From: Candidatus Woesebacteria bacterium
Lineage (GTDB): Bacteria > Patescibacteriota > Microgenomatia > UBA8517
Length of the DNA stretch: 64,000 bases
Assembly: GCA_013426185.1 (NCBI GenBank)
Contig: CP058602.1
Span: 74,231-138,230 of the forward strand
Direction of reading: 5' to 3'
The notes beneath the pieces are model-generated. The model made no database searches and was not told the origin of the DNA. It was given only the letters and a program-made list of their open reading frames with translations. Each line of letters opens with the position of its first letter. Position 1 is the stretch's first letter. The translations under genes and the position numbers were made by a program. Shown piece after piece: positions 19,994 through 30,062 of this stretch.

Positions 19994-20238
19994 GAGGATT
20001 CGGACATCGGACATCGGCAACCAGACATCGGACGTCGGCTATCGGCTATCGGAATTCAGTCGGAGCTAGTCAGAGCCGACCGGAAGCTAGTATTTAGTAT
20101 TTTGTATTATGTATTATGCATGAGAATGTATTATCCCCATAATACATAATTCATAATACTAGATTCAGGTTTTTCCCTTTGTTCTTTGTTCTAATTTCCT
20201 GTTGTCTTCTTTTTGGAGAGTTATTATAATCAAAAGCT
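19994..20238. repeat. mosaic intergenic repeat copy R3 (plus; octamer array, palindrome, ccctttgttct module)
   Basis: module sharing. Confidence 0.9.
20202..20230 (+). promoter_or_regulatory. candidate promoter TTGTCT-17-TATAAT, -10 ends 8 nt before rpsF ATG (leaderless-type)
   Basis: seen in sequence; embedded at end of repeat copy. Confidence 0.4.
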
Positions 20239-20523
20239 ATGAGTAAATACGAGTTGACTTTAATTCTTGATTCCAAAGCTACTTCTGCCAAGAAGAAAAA
20301 GGTGCAGGAAATGCTTGAGAAAATTCTATCTCAACTGAAAGGGAAAATAATCAAATCCAGTGATTGGGGAGTTAAGGAATTTGCTTATGATATAAATAAA
20401 AAGAGTTCTGGAGCTTATCTTTTTTTTGAGCTTGATCTTGATACCCGTTCAGCAAAATCTCTAAATGAAAAATTGCGTGTGGAAAATGATATTGTGCGTT
20501 ACCTTTTCGTTAAGTCTAGTTGA
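20239..20523 (+). CDS. rpsF: 30S ribosomal protein S6
   Basis: MSKYELTLIL N-term, S6-ssb-S18 synteny. Confidence 0.85.
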   Translation: MSKYELTLILDSKATSAKKKKVQEMLEKILSQLKGKIIKSSDWGVKEFAYDINKKSSGAYLFFELDLDTRSAKSLNEKLRVENDIVRYLFVKSS

Positions 20524-20553
20524 TTTTTTTTCTCAATTATTTAGAATTAGATT

Positions 20554-21078
20554 ATGGCAAGAAGTTTAAATAAGGTTTTATTAATCGGCAATTTAACTCG
20601 CGATCCTGAGTTGCGTTATACTCCGCAGGGTACTGCTGTTTGTTCATTCGGTTTGGCAACCAACAGACAGTGGGTAACAGATTCTGGTGAGAAAAAAGAA
20701 GATGTGGAATTTCATCGTCTGGTGGCTTGGAATAAGTTGGCTGAGATCTGCGCTCAGCTTTTGAAGAAGGGAAGGAAAGTTTTTGTTGAAGGTAGGCTTC
20801 AAACAAGAAATTGGACAGGCCAGGATGGATCTCAAAGAACTACAACAGAAATTGTCGTCTCGGATATGGTTCTACTTGATCAGAAAAGAGAAGGGGAAAG
20901 CCTTGAGGATTTTGATGTAGCAACTCCTGATGAAGCTCCTGCTCAAGTGCCTGATGTTGAAGTTCCACCTGAAGAGGCGACGGCAAAAAAGGAAGAAAAA
21001 GTAGAAGAGGACAAGAAAAAAGACAAAGAAGAAAAAAAAGAAGAAGACTCTCTAAGTGATGAAGATATTCCCTTCTAA
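20554..21078 (+). CDS. ssb: Single-stranded DNA-binding protein
   Basis: OB fold, acidic tail ending DIPF. Confidence 0.9.
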   Translation: MARSLNKVLLIGNLTRDPELRYTPQGTAVCSFGLATNRQWVTDSGEKKEDVEFHRLVAWNKLAEICAQLLKKGRKVFVEGRLQTRNWTGQDGSQRTTTEIVVSDMVLLDQKREGESLEDFDVATPDEAPAQVPDVEVPPEEATAKKEEKVEEDKKKDKEEKKEEDSLSDEDIPF

Positions 21079-21101
21079 TTATCAATTCGTTTAAACCCAA
21101 G

Positions 21102-21347
21102 ATGTTGAAAAAAACCATTTCATCAAGAAAAACAAGACCAATAAATAATATTTGCCCTTTTTGTGATCAAAAGAAGGATCCTGATTATAAAGACTACCAG
21201 TTTTTGGCTAATTTTTTAACAGATAGGGCAAGAATTATGCCTGCTTCTCGCACTGGGGTTTGTGCTAAACATCAAAGGAAATTAAGCCGGGAGGTTAAAA
21301 GGGCTCGTTTTCTAGCTCTTCTTCCTTATATAGAAAAAATCAGCTAA
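21102..21347 (+). CDS. rpsR: 30S ribosomal protein S18
   Basis: CPFC motif, synteny. Confidence 0.85.
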   Translation: MLKKTISSRKTRPINNICPFCDQKKDPDYKDYQFLANFLTDRARIMPASRTGVCAKHQRKLSREVKRARFLALLPYIEKIS

Positions 21348-21359
21348 ATTTAAGTTTTT

Positions 21360-22598
21360 ATGCATTATACTTTAAAGGTGGATACTCTTTCTTTGCGCAA
21401 ATTAGTTCTTAGGGTTTTGGCTATTTCTCTTATTTTTTCTCTTGGATATGTTTTGGGATCAAGAGGCTACAAAGTTAGTCAGCCTTCCTTTTTGGAATTT
21501 AAGGTAGATAGAAGTGTTCCGGAAAATAAGAATGTTGATTTTAGTCTATTCTGGAAGGTGTGGGACACGCTAGGAGTTTCTTATTATGATAAGAGCAAAC
21601 TCAATCCTTCAAAGATGGTTGAGGGGGCAATCTCAGGAATGGTGGCGGCAATTGGTGATCCTTATACCGTTTATTTGCCTCCCGAGGAAAATAAGGTTGT
21701 AGAGGAGGATTTACAAGGCAGTTTTGGTGGCGTAGGAATTCAGATAGGATTTAAGGGAAAACAACTTGCTGTAGTTGCGCCTCTGCCTGATACTCCTGCT
21801 GAGAAAGCGGGGGTTAAGGCGGGAGATTTTATTTTGGCGATTAAAGATGAAAAAAAGAAAATTGATAAAACCACAGGAGGTATGTCTTTGCCTGAAGCTG
21901 TGCAAATTATTCGGGGTCCGGCAGGTAGCGAGGTTACTTTAACTCTTCTTCGTGATGGGCAAAATGAACCAATAGAGGTCAAATTGGTTCGGGCGGATAT
22001 TAAGGTTCCTTCCGTTATTCTTACTTTTGAAGGCAAAAATAAGGATATAGCTTATTTAAAGCTTCTTAAGTTTGGTGGGGAGACGGAGAATGAATGGAAT
22101 AATGCAGTCTCAAAGATTATTTCAAATAATACAAAAGGGATAATACTTGATTTACGCAACAATCCTGGCGGCTATTTGCAGGGGGCTGTTGATATTGCTT
22201 CTGATTTCTTAAAGTTGGGGACAGTGGTTGTGTCGCAGGAAGTAAATGGTAAAAAAGATGATTTTAAGACAAGTCGTCTGCCTCGCTTGCCAAAATATCC
22301 TTTGGTAATTTTGGTTAATGAAGGGTCTGCCTCAGCTAGTGAGATTTTAGCAGGAGCTCTAAGAGATCAAGCAGAAGTAAAATTGGTTGGAAAGACGACT
22401 TTTGGAAAAGGAACAATTCAGGAACCAAAAACTATCAACGGAGGAGCTGGTCTTCATATCACAATAGCCAGATGGTTGACTCCAAAGGGTGAGTGGGTGA
22501 ATGAAAAGGGCTTGAAGCCTGATATAGAAGTTGATGATAAACCTGATACAACAGAAGATGAGCAGTTTAATAAGGCACTTGAGGTCTTGAAAATTTAG
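21360..22598 (+). CDS. ctpA: Carboxyl-terminal processing protease (S41)
   Basis: PDZ + S41 core (GSASASEILAGAL). Confidence 0.8.
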   Translation: MHYTLKVDTLSLRKLVLRVLAISLIFSLGYVLGSRGYKVSQPSFLEFKVDRSVPENKNVDFSLFWKVWDTLGVSYYDKSKLNPSKMVEGAISGMVAAIGDPYTVYLPPEENKVVEEDLQGSFGGVGIQIGFKGKQLAVVAPLPDTPAEKAGVKAGDFILAIKDEKKKIDKTTGGMSLPEAVQIIRGPAGSEVTLTLLRDGQNEPIEVKLVRADIKVPSVILTFEGKNKDIAYLKLLKFGGETENEWNNAVSKIISNNTKGIILDLRNNPGGYLQGAVDIASDFLKLGTVVVSQEVNGKKDDFKTSRLPRLPKYPLVILVNEGSASASEILAGALRDQAEVKLVGKTTFGKGTIQEPKTINGGAGLHITIARWLTPKGEWVNEKGLKPDIEVDDKPDTTEDEQFNKALEVLKI

Positions 22599-22599
22599 T

Positions 22600-23793
22600 T
22601 TGTTATTGTTATTCTGGATTCTGCCTATGAAAAGATTTGACTTCAAAAGTTTTATTGTAGGAATTTTGATTGGGCTTGTTGTTTTTTCTTTTCTTATAAC
22701 CGGTGCTTTTTTGGATAGAGTAGCCAAATTCAGTTTTCTTGATAAAATTCTTCCTCGCGAGGAGAAGAATCTTAGGGTTGGTGGAGTTGACCAGAAAATA
22801 TTGAACGAAGAGTCGGTTGTTATTGATGTTGCTGAAAAAGCTTCTCCTTCGGTTGTTACTGTTTCAATTAAGACTCCACAACAAAAGGTGCTTGAGTTTT
22901 CTCCATTTTTTGGCTTTAGGCAGGGTGTTCGGGGCGGGGTAGAACAAGATATAGGCACCGGGTTTATAATCTCAGAGGAAGGGCTTATTGTTACCAACAA
23001 ACATGTAGTTTCAAACACACAAGCGAGTTATAAAGTTATTACCAAGGATGATAAGGAATATGAAGTTAAAGAAATTAATCGTGATCCCTCTAATGATTTG
23101 GCAATTTTAAAGATTAATCCTTCAGATCATCCGGGAACAAAGCTTCAAGCTTTAGAGTTGGGAGATTCTTCAAATCTTAAGGTTGGTCAATTTGTAATAG
23201 CAATTGGTACTGCTTTGGGAGAATTCCGCCATACTGTTACAACTGGGGTTATTTCTGGCCTGGGTAGAGGAATTGTGGCAGGTAGTGTTTATGAAGGGTA
23301 TGTAGAGCGTCTTGATAATGTCATTCAAACTGATGCAGCTATTAATCCTGGTAATTCTGGGGGGCCTCTTTTGAACTCAGCTGGTCAGGTAATAGGTATT
23401 AATGTGGCTGTGGCTCAAGGAGCGCAAAACATAGGTTTTGCAATTCCTGTTAATGTTATAAAAGATAGCTTGAGTAAATTTAAGGAGACAGGAAAATTTC
23501 CTGCCAAGCCATTTTTGGGTGTGCGTTATCAGATGATTGGAAAACAAACTGCTATTATGAACGATGTTCCTCAGGGAGCTTATGTAGTTGAAGTTGTGAG
23601 TGGCTCACCAGCTGAGGAGGCGGGAGTTAAAGTGGATGATATTATTACCAAAATTGATGATAAGAAGCTTGATTCAGATAGCGCTTTGGCGGATATTATA
23701 GCTTCCAAGAAACCAGGAGATAAAGTTAGTCTTGATGTCTGGAGAGATGGCGAGAGTTTAAATTTGAGTGCTACTTTAGGTGAGGCTGAGTAA
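22600..23793 (+). CDS. htrA: Trypsin-like serine protease HtrA/DegP with PDZ
   Basis: catalytic TNKHV, DLAILK, GNSGGPL; C-term PDZ. Confidence 0.85.
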   Translation: MLLLFWILPMKRFDFKSFIVGILIGLVVFSFLITGAFLDRVAKFSFLDKILPREEKNLRVGGVDQKILNEESVVIDVAEKASPSVVTVSIKTPQQKVLEFSPFFGFRQGVRGGVEQDIGTGFIISEEGLIVTNKHVVSNTQASYKVITKDDKEYEVKEINRDPSNDLAILKINPSDHPGTKLQALELGDSSNLKVGQFVIAIGTALGEFRHTVTTGVISGLGRGIVAGSVYEGYVERLDNVIQTDAAINPGNSGGPLLNSAGQVIGINVAVAQGAQNIGFAIPVNVIKDSLSKFKETGKFPAKPFLGVRYQMIGKQTAIMNDVPQGAYVVEVVSGSPAEEAGVKVDDIITKIDDKKLDSDSALADIIASKKPGDKVSLDVWRDGESLNLSATLGEAE

Positions 23794-23794
23794 T

Positions 23795-24496
23795 TTATTT
23801 CAGATTTTCTTTAAGGTAAGAGATTATTTTGTCTAATTCTCCATCAAGAATCGCTTCAAGATTGCCAAAGGATTTATTTACGCGGTGATCAGTGATCCTA
23901 TCTTGGGGAAAGTTGTAGGTTCTAATCTTTTCTGCTCTTTTGCCTTGGCCGATAGGGGAGCGGTAGCCTGCTATTTCTCTCATTTTTCTTTCTTCTTCGC
24001 GTTCCCAGAGCTTTGAACGCAAGATAGAAAGAGCAATTTGGCGGTTTTGTTCTTGAAAGCGTTCTTGTGAAGCTGTAACAACAATTCCTGTAGGTTTGTG
24101 AATAAGTCTTACTGCAGTTGAAACTTTGTTTACGTTCTGGCCTCCGTGCCCACCTGCTCTAAAAAATTGAATTTCGAGATCTTGGGGGTTAACTGTGATT
24201 TCATTTTCCTTAATTTCGGGCAAAACAGCAACTGTAGCAGTTGATGTATGAATTCTACCTCTTTTTTCTGTCTTGGGAATTCTTTGTACGCGGTGAACCC
24301 CGCTTTCGTTTTTAAGATTATCAAAAGCATTGGGCCCGCTTATGACAAGGGTATTATCATCAACAAGACTTACTCTCCATCCCTTTTTGGTGGCGTAGCG
24401 CAAATACATTCTCAAAAGCTCAGAAGCCCATATTTTAGCCTCGTCTCCGCCTGCCGCACCTCGAGTTTCAAGATAGACTTTTTGGTTGGGAAGCAT
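23795..24496 (-). CDS. prfA: Peptide chain release factor 1, N-terminally short (lacks domain 1)
   Basis: GGQ motif, P-K-T (PxT) decoding tripeptide; only 233 aa, starts at the domain-2 region. Confidence 0.75.
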   Translation of the reverse strand: MLPNQKVYLETRGAAGGDEAKIWASELLRMYLRYATKKGWRVSLVDDNTLVISGPNAFDNLKNESGVHRVQRIPKTEKRGRIHTSTATVAVLPEIKENEITVNPQDLEIQFFRAGGHGGQNVNKVSTAVRLIHKPTGIVVTASQERFQEQNRQIALSILRSKLWEREEERKMREIAGYRSPIGQGKRAEKIRTYNFPQDRITDHRVNKSFGNLEAILDGELDKIISYLKENLK

Positions 24497-24514
24497 ATTT
24501 TTGGCTTGGGGAAT

Positions 24515-24817
24515 TTAGCGCAATTCGCTCAATGTTTCAGGTTTTTCTAGTTCTTGCCGTATTCTTTTTTCTCTTTTAAGCCTTCTTTTTTCAGCCTTGG
24601 AGATGACTTTTTCTTTAGCCTTGGATTGTTTGCTTAAGAATGCTTCCACTCGACCTGCCGTATCAATATACTTCATTTGACCTGTGTAAAAAGGATGGCA
24701 GGCGGAGCAAATCTCAACATTGATTTCGGGTACTGTGGCACCAGTGGTAAAAATGTTACCGCAAGCGCAAGTTACTTTTGCTTCAGGATACCATGTTGGG
24801 TGAATTCCCTTTTTCAT
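24515..24817 (-). CDS. rpmE: 50S ribosomal protein L31 with ~30-aa Lys-rich C-terminal extension
   Basis: CxxC...CSxCHPFYTG zinc ribbon. Confidence 0.85.
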   Translation of the reverse strand: MKKGIHPTWYPEAKVTCACGNIFTTGATVPEINVEICSACHPFYTGQMKYIDTAGRVEAFLSKQSKAKEKVISKAEKRRLKREKRIRQELEKPETLSELR

Positions 24818-24839
24818 AGCCTGTCAATTATAACAAGTG

Positions 24840-25281
24840 ATATTTAGGATAGCAAGACGGCTATCAGACATCGGCTATCGGTCGTCAGACGTCGGATATT
24901 GGGATTTAGTCGGAGTTGGTCGAAGTTGATCGAAAGATTGTATCTAGTATTTTGTATTATGTATTATGCAGGAAATACAAGTAGAAAGTAGTAAGTAGTA
25001 AGTAGAAAGCATTAATAAATAGTTAAAAGTTAAAAGAATTCGGATTTCAGCTATCAGCCGTCAGCTGTTGGAGTTCTTTGTTATTTTAATTCCTAAATCC
25101 TAAATCAAAATTCTATAATCTATAATCCAAAATCTATAATCTAATTAGAAAGTTTTGACTTTTGAGTTTTGAATTATATTTTTGACTTTTGATTTTTAAG
25201 TTTTGAGTTAATTTGTTAACTGTTAATTGTTATATTGTAATTTTATTCAATAATCTATAATCTAGAATCTATAATCTAACA
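24840..25281. repeat. mosaic intergenic repeat copy R5 (plus; near-complete octamer/heptamer/AT-array order)
   Basis: module sharing; inverted partner at 26188-26627. Confidence 0.9.
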
Positions 25282-26187
25282 ATGTTCTCAAAACCAAGAA
25301 TCAAAGCATATCTTTATCTTACGCTTGTCGCTTTCATCTGGGGATTGGCAGGACCTGTTATTAAATACACTCTAGGCGGCATCTCGTCCTTACCCTTTCT
25401 CACTTACCGCTTTGCTATATCCTCAATAGTGGCTTTAATCAGCTTTAATTTCATAGCCAAAAGAAAGCTTAACACTAAAGAATGGTTTATTGTCATTATC
25501 TACAGTCTTTTTGCCTCAACCTTTTCCCTTTACTTTCTCTTTATCGGCCTTGAAAAGACGACGATGCTTGACACTGCTTTAATCACTACTTTCAATCCAC
25601 TTCTAATTGCAGTAGCTGGATTTTTAGTCTTCAAAGACAAAATAACCTCAAGAGAAAAAGTTGGCATTGCGCTTGCACTTATAGGAACGGTAATTGCCAT
25701 TATTCAGCCGTTAATTGAAAATGAGAATAGTATACGCCTTCAAGGAAATATCTATGTGGTTTTGTATCTTCTGACAAATACAATTGCCGCTATTTTGGCC
25801 AAAAAACTAACCAAACTTGATATTGCCCCGCTTTTTATAACCAACTTTTCATTCATTATCGGATTTTTAAGTCTTTTGCCTCTTTCCATCTATCAAAATG
25901 TAAATCTTATCTCCATAATTTCCCATCTTGAGCTAAGATACCATCTAGGTGTTTTGTTTATGGCCTTAATTTCGGGAAATCTAGCTTATACCCTTTGGGT
26001 AAAAGGACAGAAAAGTATTGAAATAAGCGAAGCTTCTCTTTTCTCTTATCTACAGCCCATATTCTCTACCCCACTTGCAATACTTTGGCTTAAAGAAGAA
26101 ACTAGCAAAACCTTCTTTCTTGGGGCGCTTTTCATCATCATCGGAGTTATTATCGCTGAGACAAAGAAGAGAAGAATTACAGACTAG
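25282..26187 (+). CDS. EamA/DMT-family transporter
   Basis: 10 TM, duplicated EamA domains. Confidence 0.75.
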   Translation: MFSKPRIKAYLYLTLVAFIWGLAGPVIKYTLGGISSLPFLTYRFAISSIVALISFNFIAKRKLNTKEWFIVIIYSLFASTFSLYFLFIGLEKTTMLDTALITTFNPLLIAVAGFLVFKDKITSREKVGIALALIGTVIAIIQPLIENENSIRLQGNIYVVLYLLTNTIAAILAKKLTKLDIAPLFITNFSFIIGFLSLLPLSIYQNVNLISIISHLELRYHLGVLFMALISGNLAYTLWVKGQKSIEISEASLFSYLQPIFSTPLAILWLKEETSKTFFLGALFIIIGVIIAETKKRRITD

Positions 26188-26627
26188 AGAACAGAGATTA
26201 GAGAATAAAATTCTAAATGACAAATTAACTCAAAACTTAAAAATCAAAAGTCAAAAATATAATTCAAAACTCAAAAGTCAAAACTTTCTAATTAGATTAT
26301 AGATTTTGGATTATAGATTATAGAATTTTGATTTAGGATTTAGGAATTAAAATAACAAAGAACTCCAACAGCTGACGGCTGATAGCTAAAATCCGAATTC
26401 TTTTAACTTTTACCTCTTGCCTTTTACCTACTAGGTTAGAACATAGAACAGAGAACAAAGGGGAAAAGTTTTGAACTTAGTATTATGAATTAAGGGGATA
26501 ACGCATTTTCCTGCATAATACATAATACAAAATACTAAATACAATCTTCCGGCCGGCTCCGACTAGCTCCGACAACCAATATTCGATGTCCGATGTCTGA
26601 TATCCGATGTCTGACGTCAGCTGCTTT
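26188..26627. repeat. mosaic intergenic repeat copy R6 (minus; approximate reverse complement of R5)
   Basis: module sharing. Confidence 0.9.
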
Positions 26628-27278
26628 CTACTCTTTTAAAACGAAGATTGTTCTTGCGGAGATGGTTTGTTCTTGAGTTTCACCTGTTGCAATAATTTTA
26701 TCTCCAGCCTCGATATCGGATACTTTGAGGTCATTATTTTCTTGGTCTAGGATGCTTGTGTCTTTGTTTATTTTGACACTGTAGGGTTGGTCATTTTTTG
26801 ATTCAGCGCTTATTTCTTGTTTTCCAACTTTTTTGACGTTTAGTTTGAAAGAGGCTCTCTTGGTTGGGGTAATAGGCTTAACGTTTACAATGCGTGAAGA
26901 TTCCAAAATATTGCCGTTTTTTTCTGTTCCCATTGCAATTATAAAGTCTCCGATAGCAAGATCCTGAGCTTTGATCTGTTTTGCTTTTTCTCTGTTGTCA
27001 ATGATTGCTGTGTCTTTGTTGTAGCTGATTTGTAAGATTTCACCTGACTTTTCCTGACTTTCTTTATTGATTGCAAAGCGGCTAATTTGGATAGTTGATT
27101 CTGATATATCGGTTATTGTACCGATAAAAGCTTTGGGTTTTTGACTGATTTTAATTATTTTTTCCTGCACTTTTTTCCTAATTTCATCGGATGGGGAGGC
27201 GTTATTATTCTGAGCTTTGATAAAAACAGGGTAGAGAAATAAAAGAGTCAAAATAATAAAAGTGATTAATGTTTGCAT
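26628..27278 (-). CDS. hypothetical secreted protein
   Basis: N-term signal peptide, no domain recognised. Confidence 0.4.
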   Translation of the reverse strand: MQTLITFIILTLLFLYPVFIKAQNNNASPSDEIRKKVQEKIIKISQKPKAFIGTITDISESTIQISRFAINKESQEKSGEILQISYNKDTAIIDNREKAKQIKAQDLAIGDFIIAMGTEKNGNILESSRIVNVKPITPTKRASFKLNVKKVGKQEISAESKNDQPYSVKINKDTSILDQENNDLKVSDIEAGDKIIATGETQEQTISARTIFVLKE

Positions 27279-27283
27279 TTTTT

Positions 27284-27712
27284 TTATTTTTGAAAATCTT
27301 GAGAATAGACTATTGGTAATTTAACACTCGAACTTTTATCATCGCCGAAAAAAGAGGTTATTATTATCTCGTTTAGTCCGCTGACAAGAGGAACATCAAC
27401 ATTAAAACCGCCGTCTTTGTCAGCTTTGGTCAAGAAATCTTTTTCCTCGGTGGAAATGACAACCTGTGCTTCAGATTCAGTTATTCCCTCAATACTAACA
27501 GTATTCTCATTAAAGACTTCGTACTCTTCAGGTTTTAGGATAGTAAGTCCACCTGCGGTTTTGGGAGTAGGGGCGACTTGGCTTTGTTGGGTTTTATTTT
27601 CTTGATTTTGCTCGGGCGCTTTCTGATTTGAATTGGCTCTCCAGACACCAAAAGCTATGACCAGTCCAAAGGCTATTCCTGCCAAAAGAGCAAAAATGAT
27701 TTCTTTGCGCAT
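27284..27712 (-). CDS. hypothetical membrane-anchored protein
   Basis: N-term TM, 142 aa. Confidence 0.4.
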   Translation of the reverse strand: MRKEIIFALLAGIAFGLVIAFGVWRANSNQKAPEQNQENKTQQSQVAPTPKTAGGLTILKPEEYEVFNENTVSIEGITESEAQVVISTEEKDFLTKADKDGGFNVDVPLVSGLNEIIITSFFGDDKSSSVKLPIVYSQDFQK

Positions 27713-27774
27713 ATGGGTTATTGCTCGCTTAATATAAGTTTTAAAACTCCATTTGTCAAGCTAAAAAAGCACTC

Positions 27775-28458
27775 TTGTCAAGACATTTTAAGTTTGCTAG
27801 TATCAAGCTAATGGAAATTAATTACCTTGGCCACGCTTGTTTTAAGATCAAAAGCTCAAACACCAAGCTTTTGATCGACCCCTTTGACCCCAAGATGGTG
27901 GGTATAAAAATGCCTCACGAGGAAGTGGACGGAGTTTTGGTAAGTCACCATCACCAAGATCACAGTTTTATTGAGGCGGCGCGGGGTTATCGTAAGATTA
28001 TCGACGGGCCGGGGGAGTATGAAATTGGAGGAATTTCTATCATTGGTTTTCCTACTTATCATGACAACAAAAATGGGGCAGAGAGGGGAGAGAACACTAT
28101 CTATCTTCTGGAGGCAGAAGGCATTCGAGTTTTACATCTTGGAGATTTAGGCCATGTCTTATCAGAAAAGCAGGTGGAAGCGGTGGGTAATGTGAACATA
28201 TTAACCTTGCCTGTTGGTAATAAATATTCTCTTGGACCAAAAGAGGCGGTGAAAGTTGTAAATGATATTGAGCCTCAGATAGTTATTCCCATGCATTACT
28301 TTTTTGAGGGAATTAACAAAGAATATTTTGATGGTCTTTTGCCGGTTGATAATTTCTTGAGTGAAATGGGCCTGCCGGTTGAAAAATTGCCCAAGCTTTC
28401 CTTAAAGTTGGCTGATTTAACTGAGGACCAAAAAGTTGTTTTACTTGAGAGAAAATAA
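27775..28458 (+). CDS. MBL-fold metal-dependent hydrolase (UPF0173-like)
   Basis: HHHQDH motif. Confidence 0.7.
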   Translation: MSRHFKFASIKLMEINYLGHACFKIKSSNTKLLIDPFDPKMVGIKMPHEEVDGVLVSHHHQDHSFIEAARGYRKIIDGPGEYEIGGISIIGFPTYHDNKNGAERGENTIYLLEAEGIRVLHLGDLGHVLSEKQVEAVGNVNILTLPVGNKYSLGPKEAVKVVNDIEPQIVIPMHYFFEGINKEYFDGLLPVDNFLSEMGLPVEKLPKLSLKLADLTEDQKVVLLERK

Positions 28459-28483
28459 TTCTGCCCTTTCTCCTTAAAAATTA

Positions 28484-29800
28484 ATGGCTGACCAAAATTT
28501 AAAATTACCGCCTTTTTCAGAGGAAGCCGAAGCTTCTGTCTTGGGAGCTATTTTAATAGACAAATATGCAATGGTTGCTTTGGCTGAAATTTTGACCCCC
28601 GATGATTTTTACAGCCTTCGCCATAAATTGATTTTTGAAACTTGTATGGATTTATATGAGGAAAGAGTGCCTCTTGATATTTTGACGGTCAGTGACCGAC
28701 TGAAGAAAAAGAAAGCTCTAAAGAAAGTGGGAGGATCCTCATATCTTGCTGGTCTTGCTAACCAAGTGCCAACAGCAGCTCATGTTGAACATTATGCCAA
28801 GATAGTAAAGGATTTGGCGACAAAGAGGAATTTGATTTCAGCGGCAAGCAAAATTGTTGAGATGTCTTTTGACGAAGGAATGGCAGCAGATGAGCTTCTT
28901 GATAAAGCAGAATCCGAAGTCTTTTCTATTTCTGAAAAGCAACGTTTTAAGACTTTTACTCCTGTGCGTGAGGCGCTAGCTGAGAGCTTTGATCGCTTGG
29001 ATGAACTTCACAAGCAAGCTGAAGGGTTGCGGGGTGTGCCGACTGGTTTTAAGGATCTTGATTCAGCCTTGGCTGGTATGCAAAAGTCAAATCTTTTGAT
29101 TTTGGCAGCTCGCCCTGGAGTTGGTAAAACCACCCTTGCTTTAAATATTGCTCAGTCTTTAGCTGTAGAACACTCGCGTCCTGTGGCTATTTTTTCTCTT
29201 GAGATGAGCAAAGAGGAGTTGGTCGATAGGCTTCTTGTTGCTCAAGCTGATATTGATGCTTGGAAATTGAAAACAGGCAAGTTGTCAGAGGAAGATTTTA
29301 CTGCACTCTCAAACGCGATGGGTGTTTTGGCCGAAGCTCCTATTTATATTGATGATACTCCAGCCCTATCGATTACCGAAATGAGAACAAGAGCAAGGAG
29401 ACTTCAGGTTGATGTGGGTATTGACCTTTTGATTGTTGACTATCTACAGCTTGCAAGATCTCGTCATCTTGAAAATAGGGTACAGGAAGTTTCTGAAATT
29501 TCGCAAGGGTTGAAAAATCTGGCTCGTGAATTGAAGATCCCAGTTCTTGCTTTGTCTCAGCTCTCGCGTGCTGTTGAGCAAAGGGGAGAGAAAAGGCCTC
29601 AGCTTGCAGATTTGCGGGAGTCAGGATCAATTGAACAGGATGCCGATGTTGTTATGTTTTTATGGCGTGATGACGAGGAAAATCTTGAAAATGTCACACT
29701 TGATATAGCAAAACACAGAAACGGTCCACTGGCTTCTATAAAGCTCTATTTCAAAGGGGATAGAATTAGGTTTTATGGAAGAGAGACGAAGAGAGAGTAG
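28484..29800 (+). CDS. dnaB: Replicative DNA helicase DnaB
   Basis: Walker A ARPGVGKTT, DnaB N-term domain, 438 aa. Confidence 0.9.
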   Translation: MADQNLKLPPFSEEAEASVLGAILIDKYAMVALAEILTPDDFYSLRHKLIFETCMDLYEERVPLDILTVSDRLKKKKALKKVGGSSYLAGLANQVPTAAHVEHYAKIVKDLATKRNLISAASKIVEMSFDEGMAADELLDKAESEVFSISEKQRFKTFTPVREALAESFDRLDELHKQAEGLRGVPTGFKDLDSALAGMQKSNLLILAARPGVGKTTLALNIAQSLAVEHSRPVAIFSLEMSKEELVDRLLVAQADIDAWKLKTGKLSEEDFTALSNAMGVLAEAPIYIDDTPALSITEMRTRARRLQVDVGIDLLIVDYLQLARSRHLENRVQEVSEISQGLKNLARELKIPVLALSQLSRAVEQRGEKRPQLADLRESGSIEQDADVVMFLWRDDEENLENVTLDIAKHRNGPLASIKLYFKGDRIRFYGRETKRE

Positions 29801-30062
29801 ACGCCGGAAGACGGTATTTTAGTATCTAATATCTTGTATTATGTATTATGCAGGAAATACAAGTAGAAAGTAGAACGTAGTAAGTAGTAAGTAGTAAGTA
29901 GAAAGCAAAATTCTATAATCTATAATCCAAAATCTATAATCTAATTAGAAAGTTTTGACTTTTGAGTTTTGAGTTTTGAATTATATTTTTGACTTTTGAG
30001 TTTTAATTTTTGAGTTAATTTGTTAACTGTTAATTGTTATATTGTAATTTTATTCCGGGCCT
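29801..30062. repeat. mosaic intergenic repeat copy R7 (plus; heptamer and AT-array modules)
   Basis: module sharing. Confidence 0.9.

Noticed and set aside
24497-24514. RF2-style programmed +1 frameshift to explain the short release factor
   Set aside because: The protein has the RF1 PxT motif, not SPF; only 18 nt lie between rpmE stop and the ORF start and no CUU-UGA-C slippery site is present.
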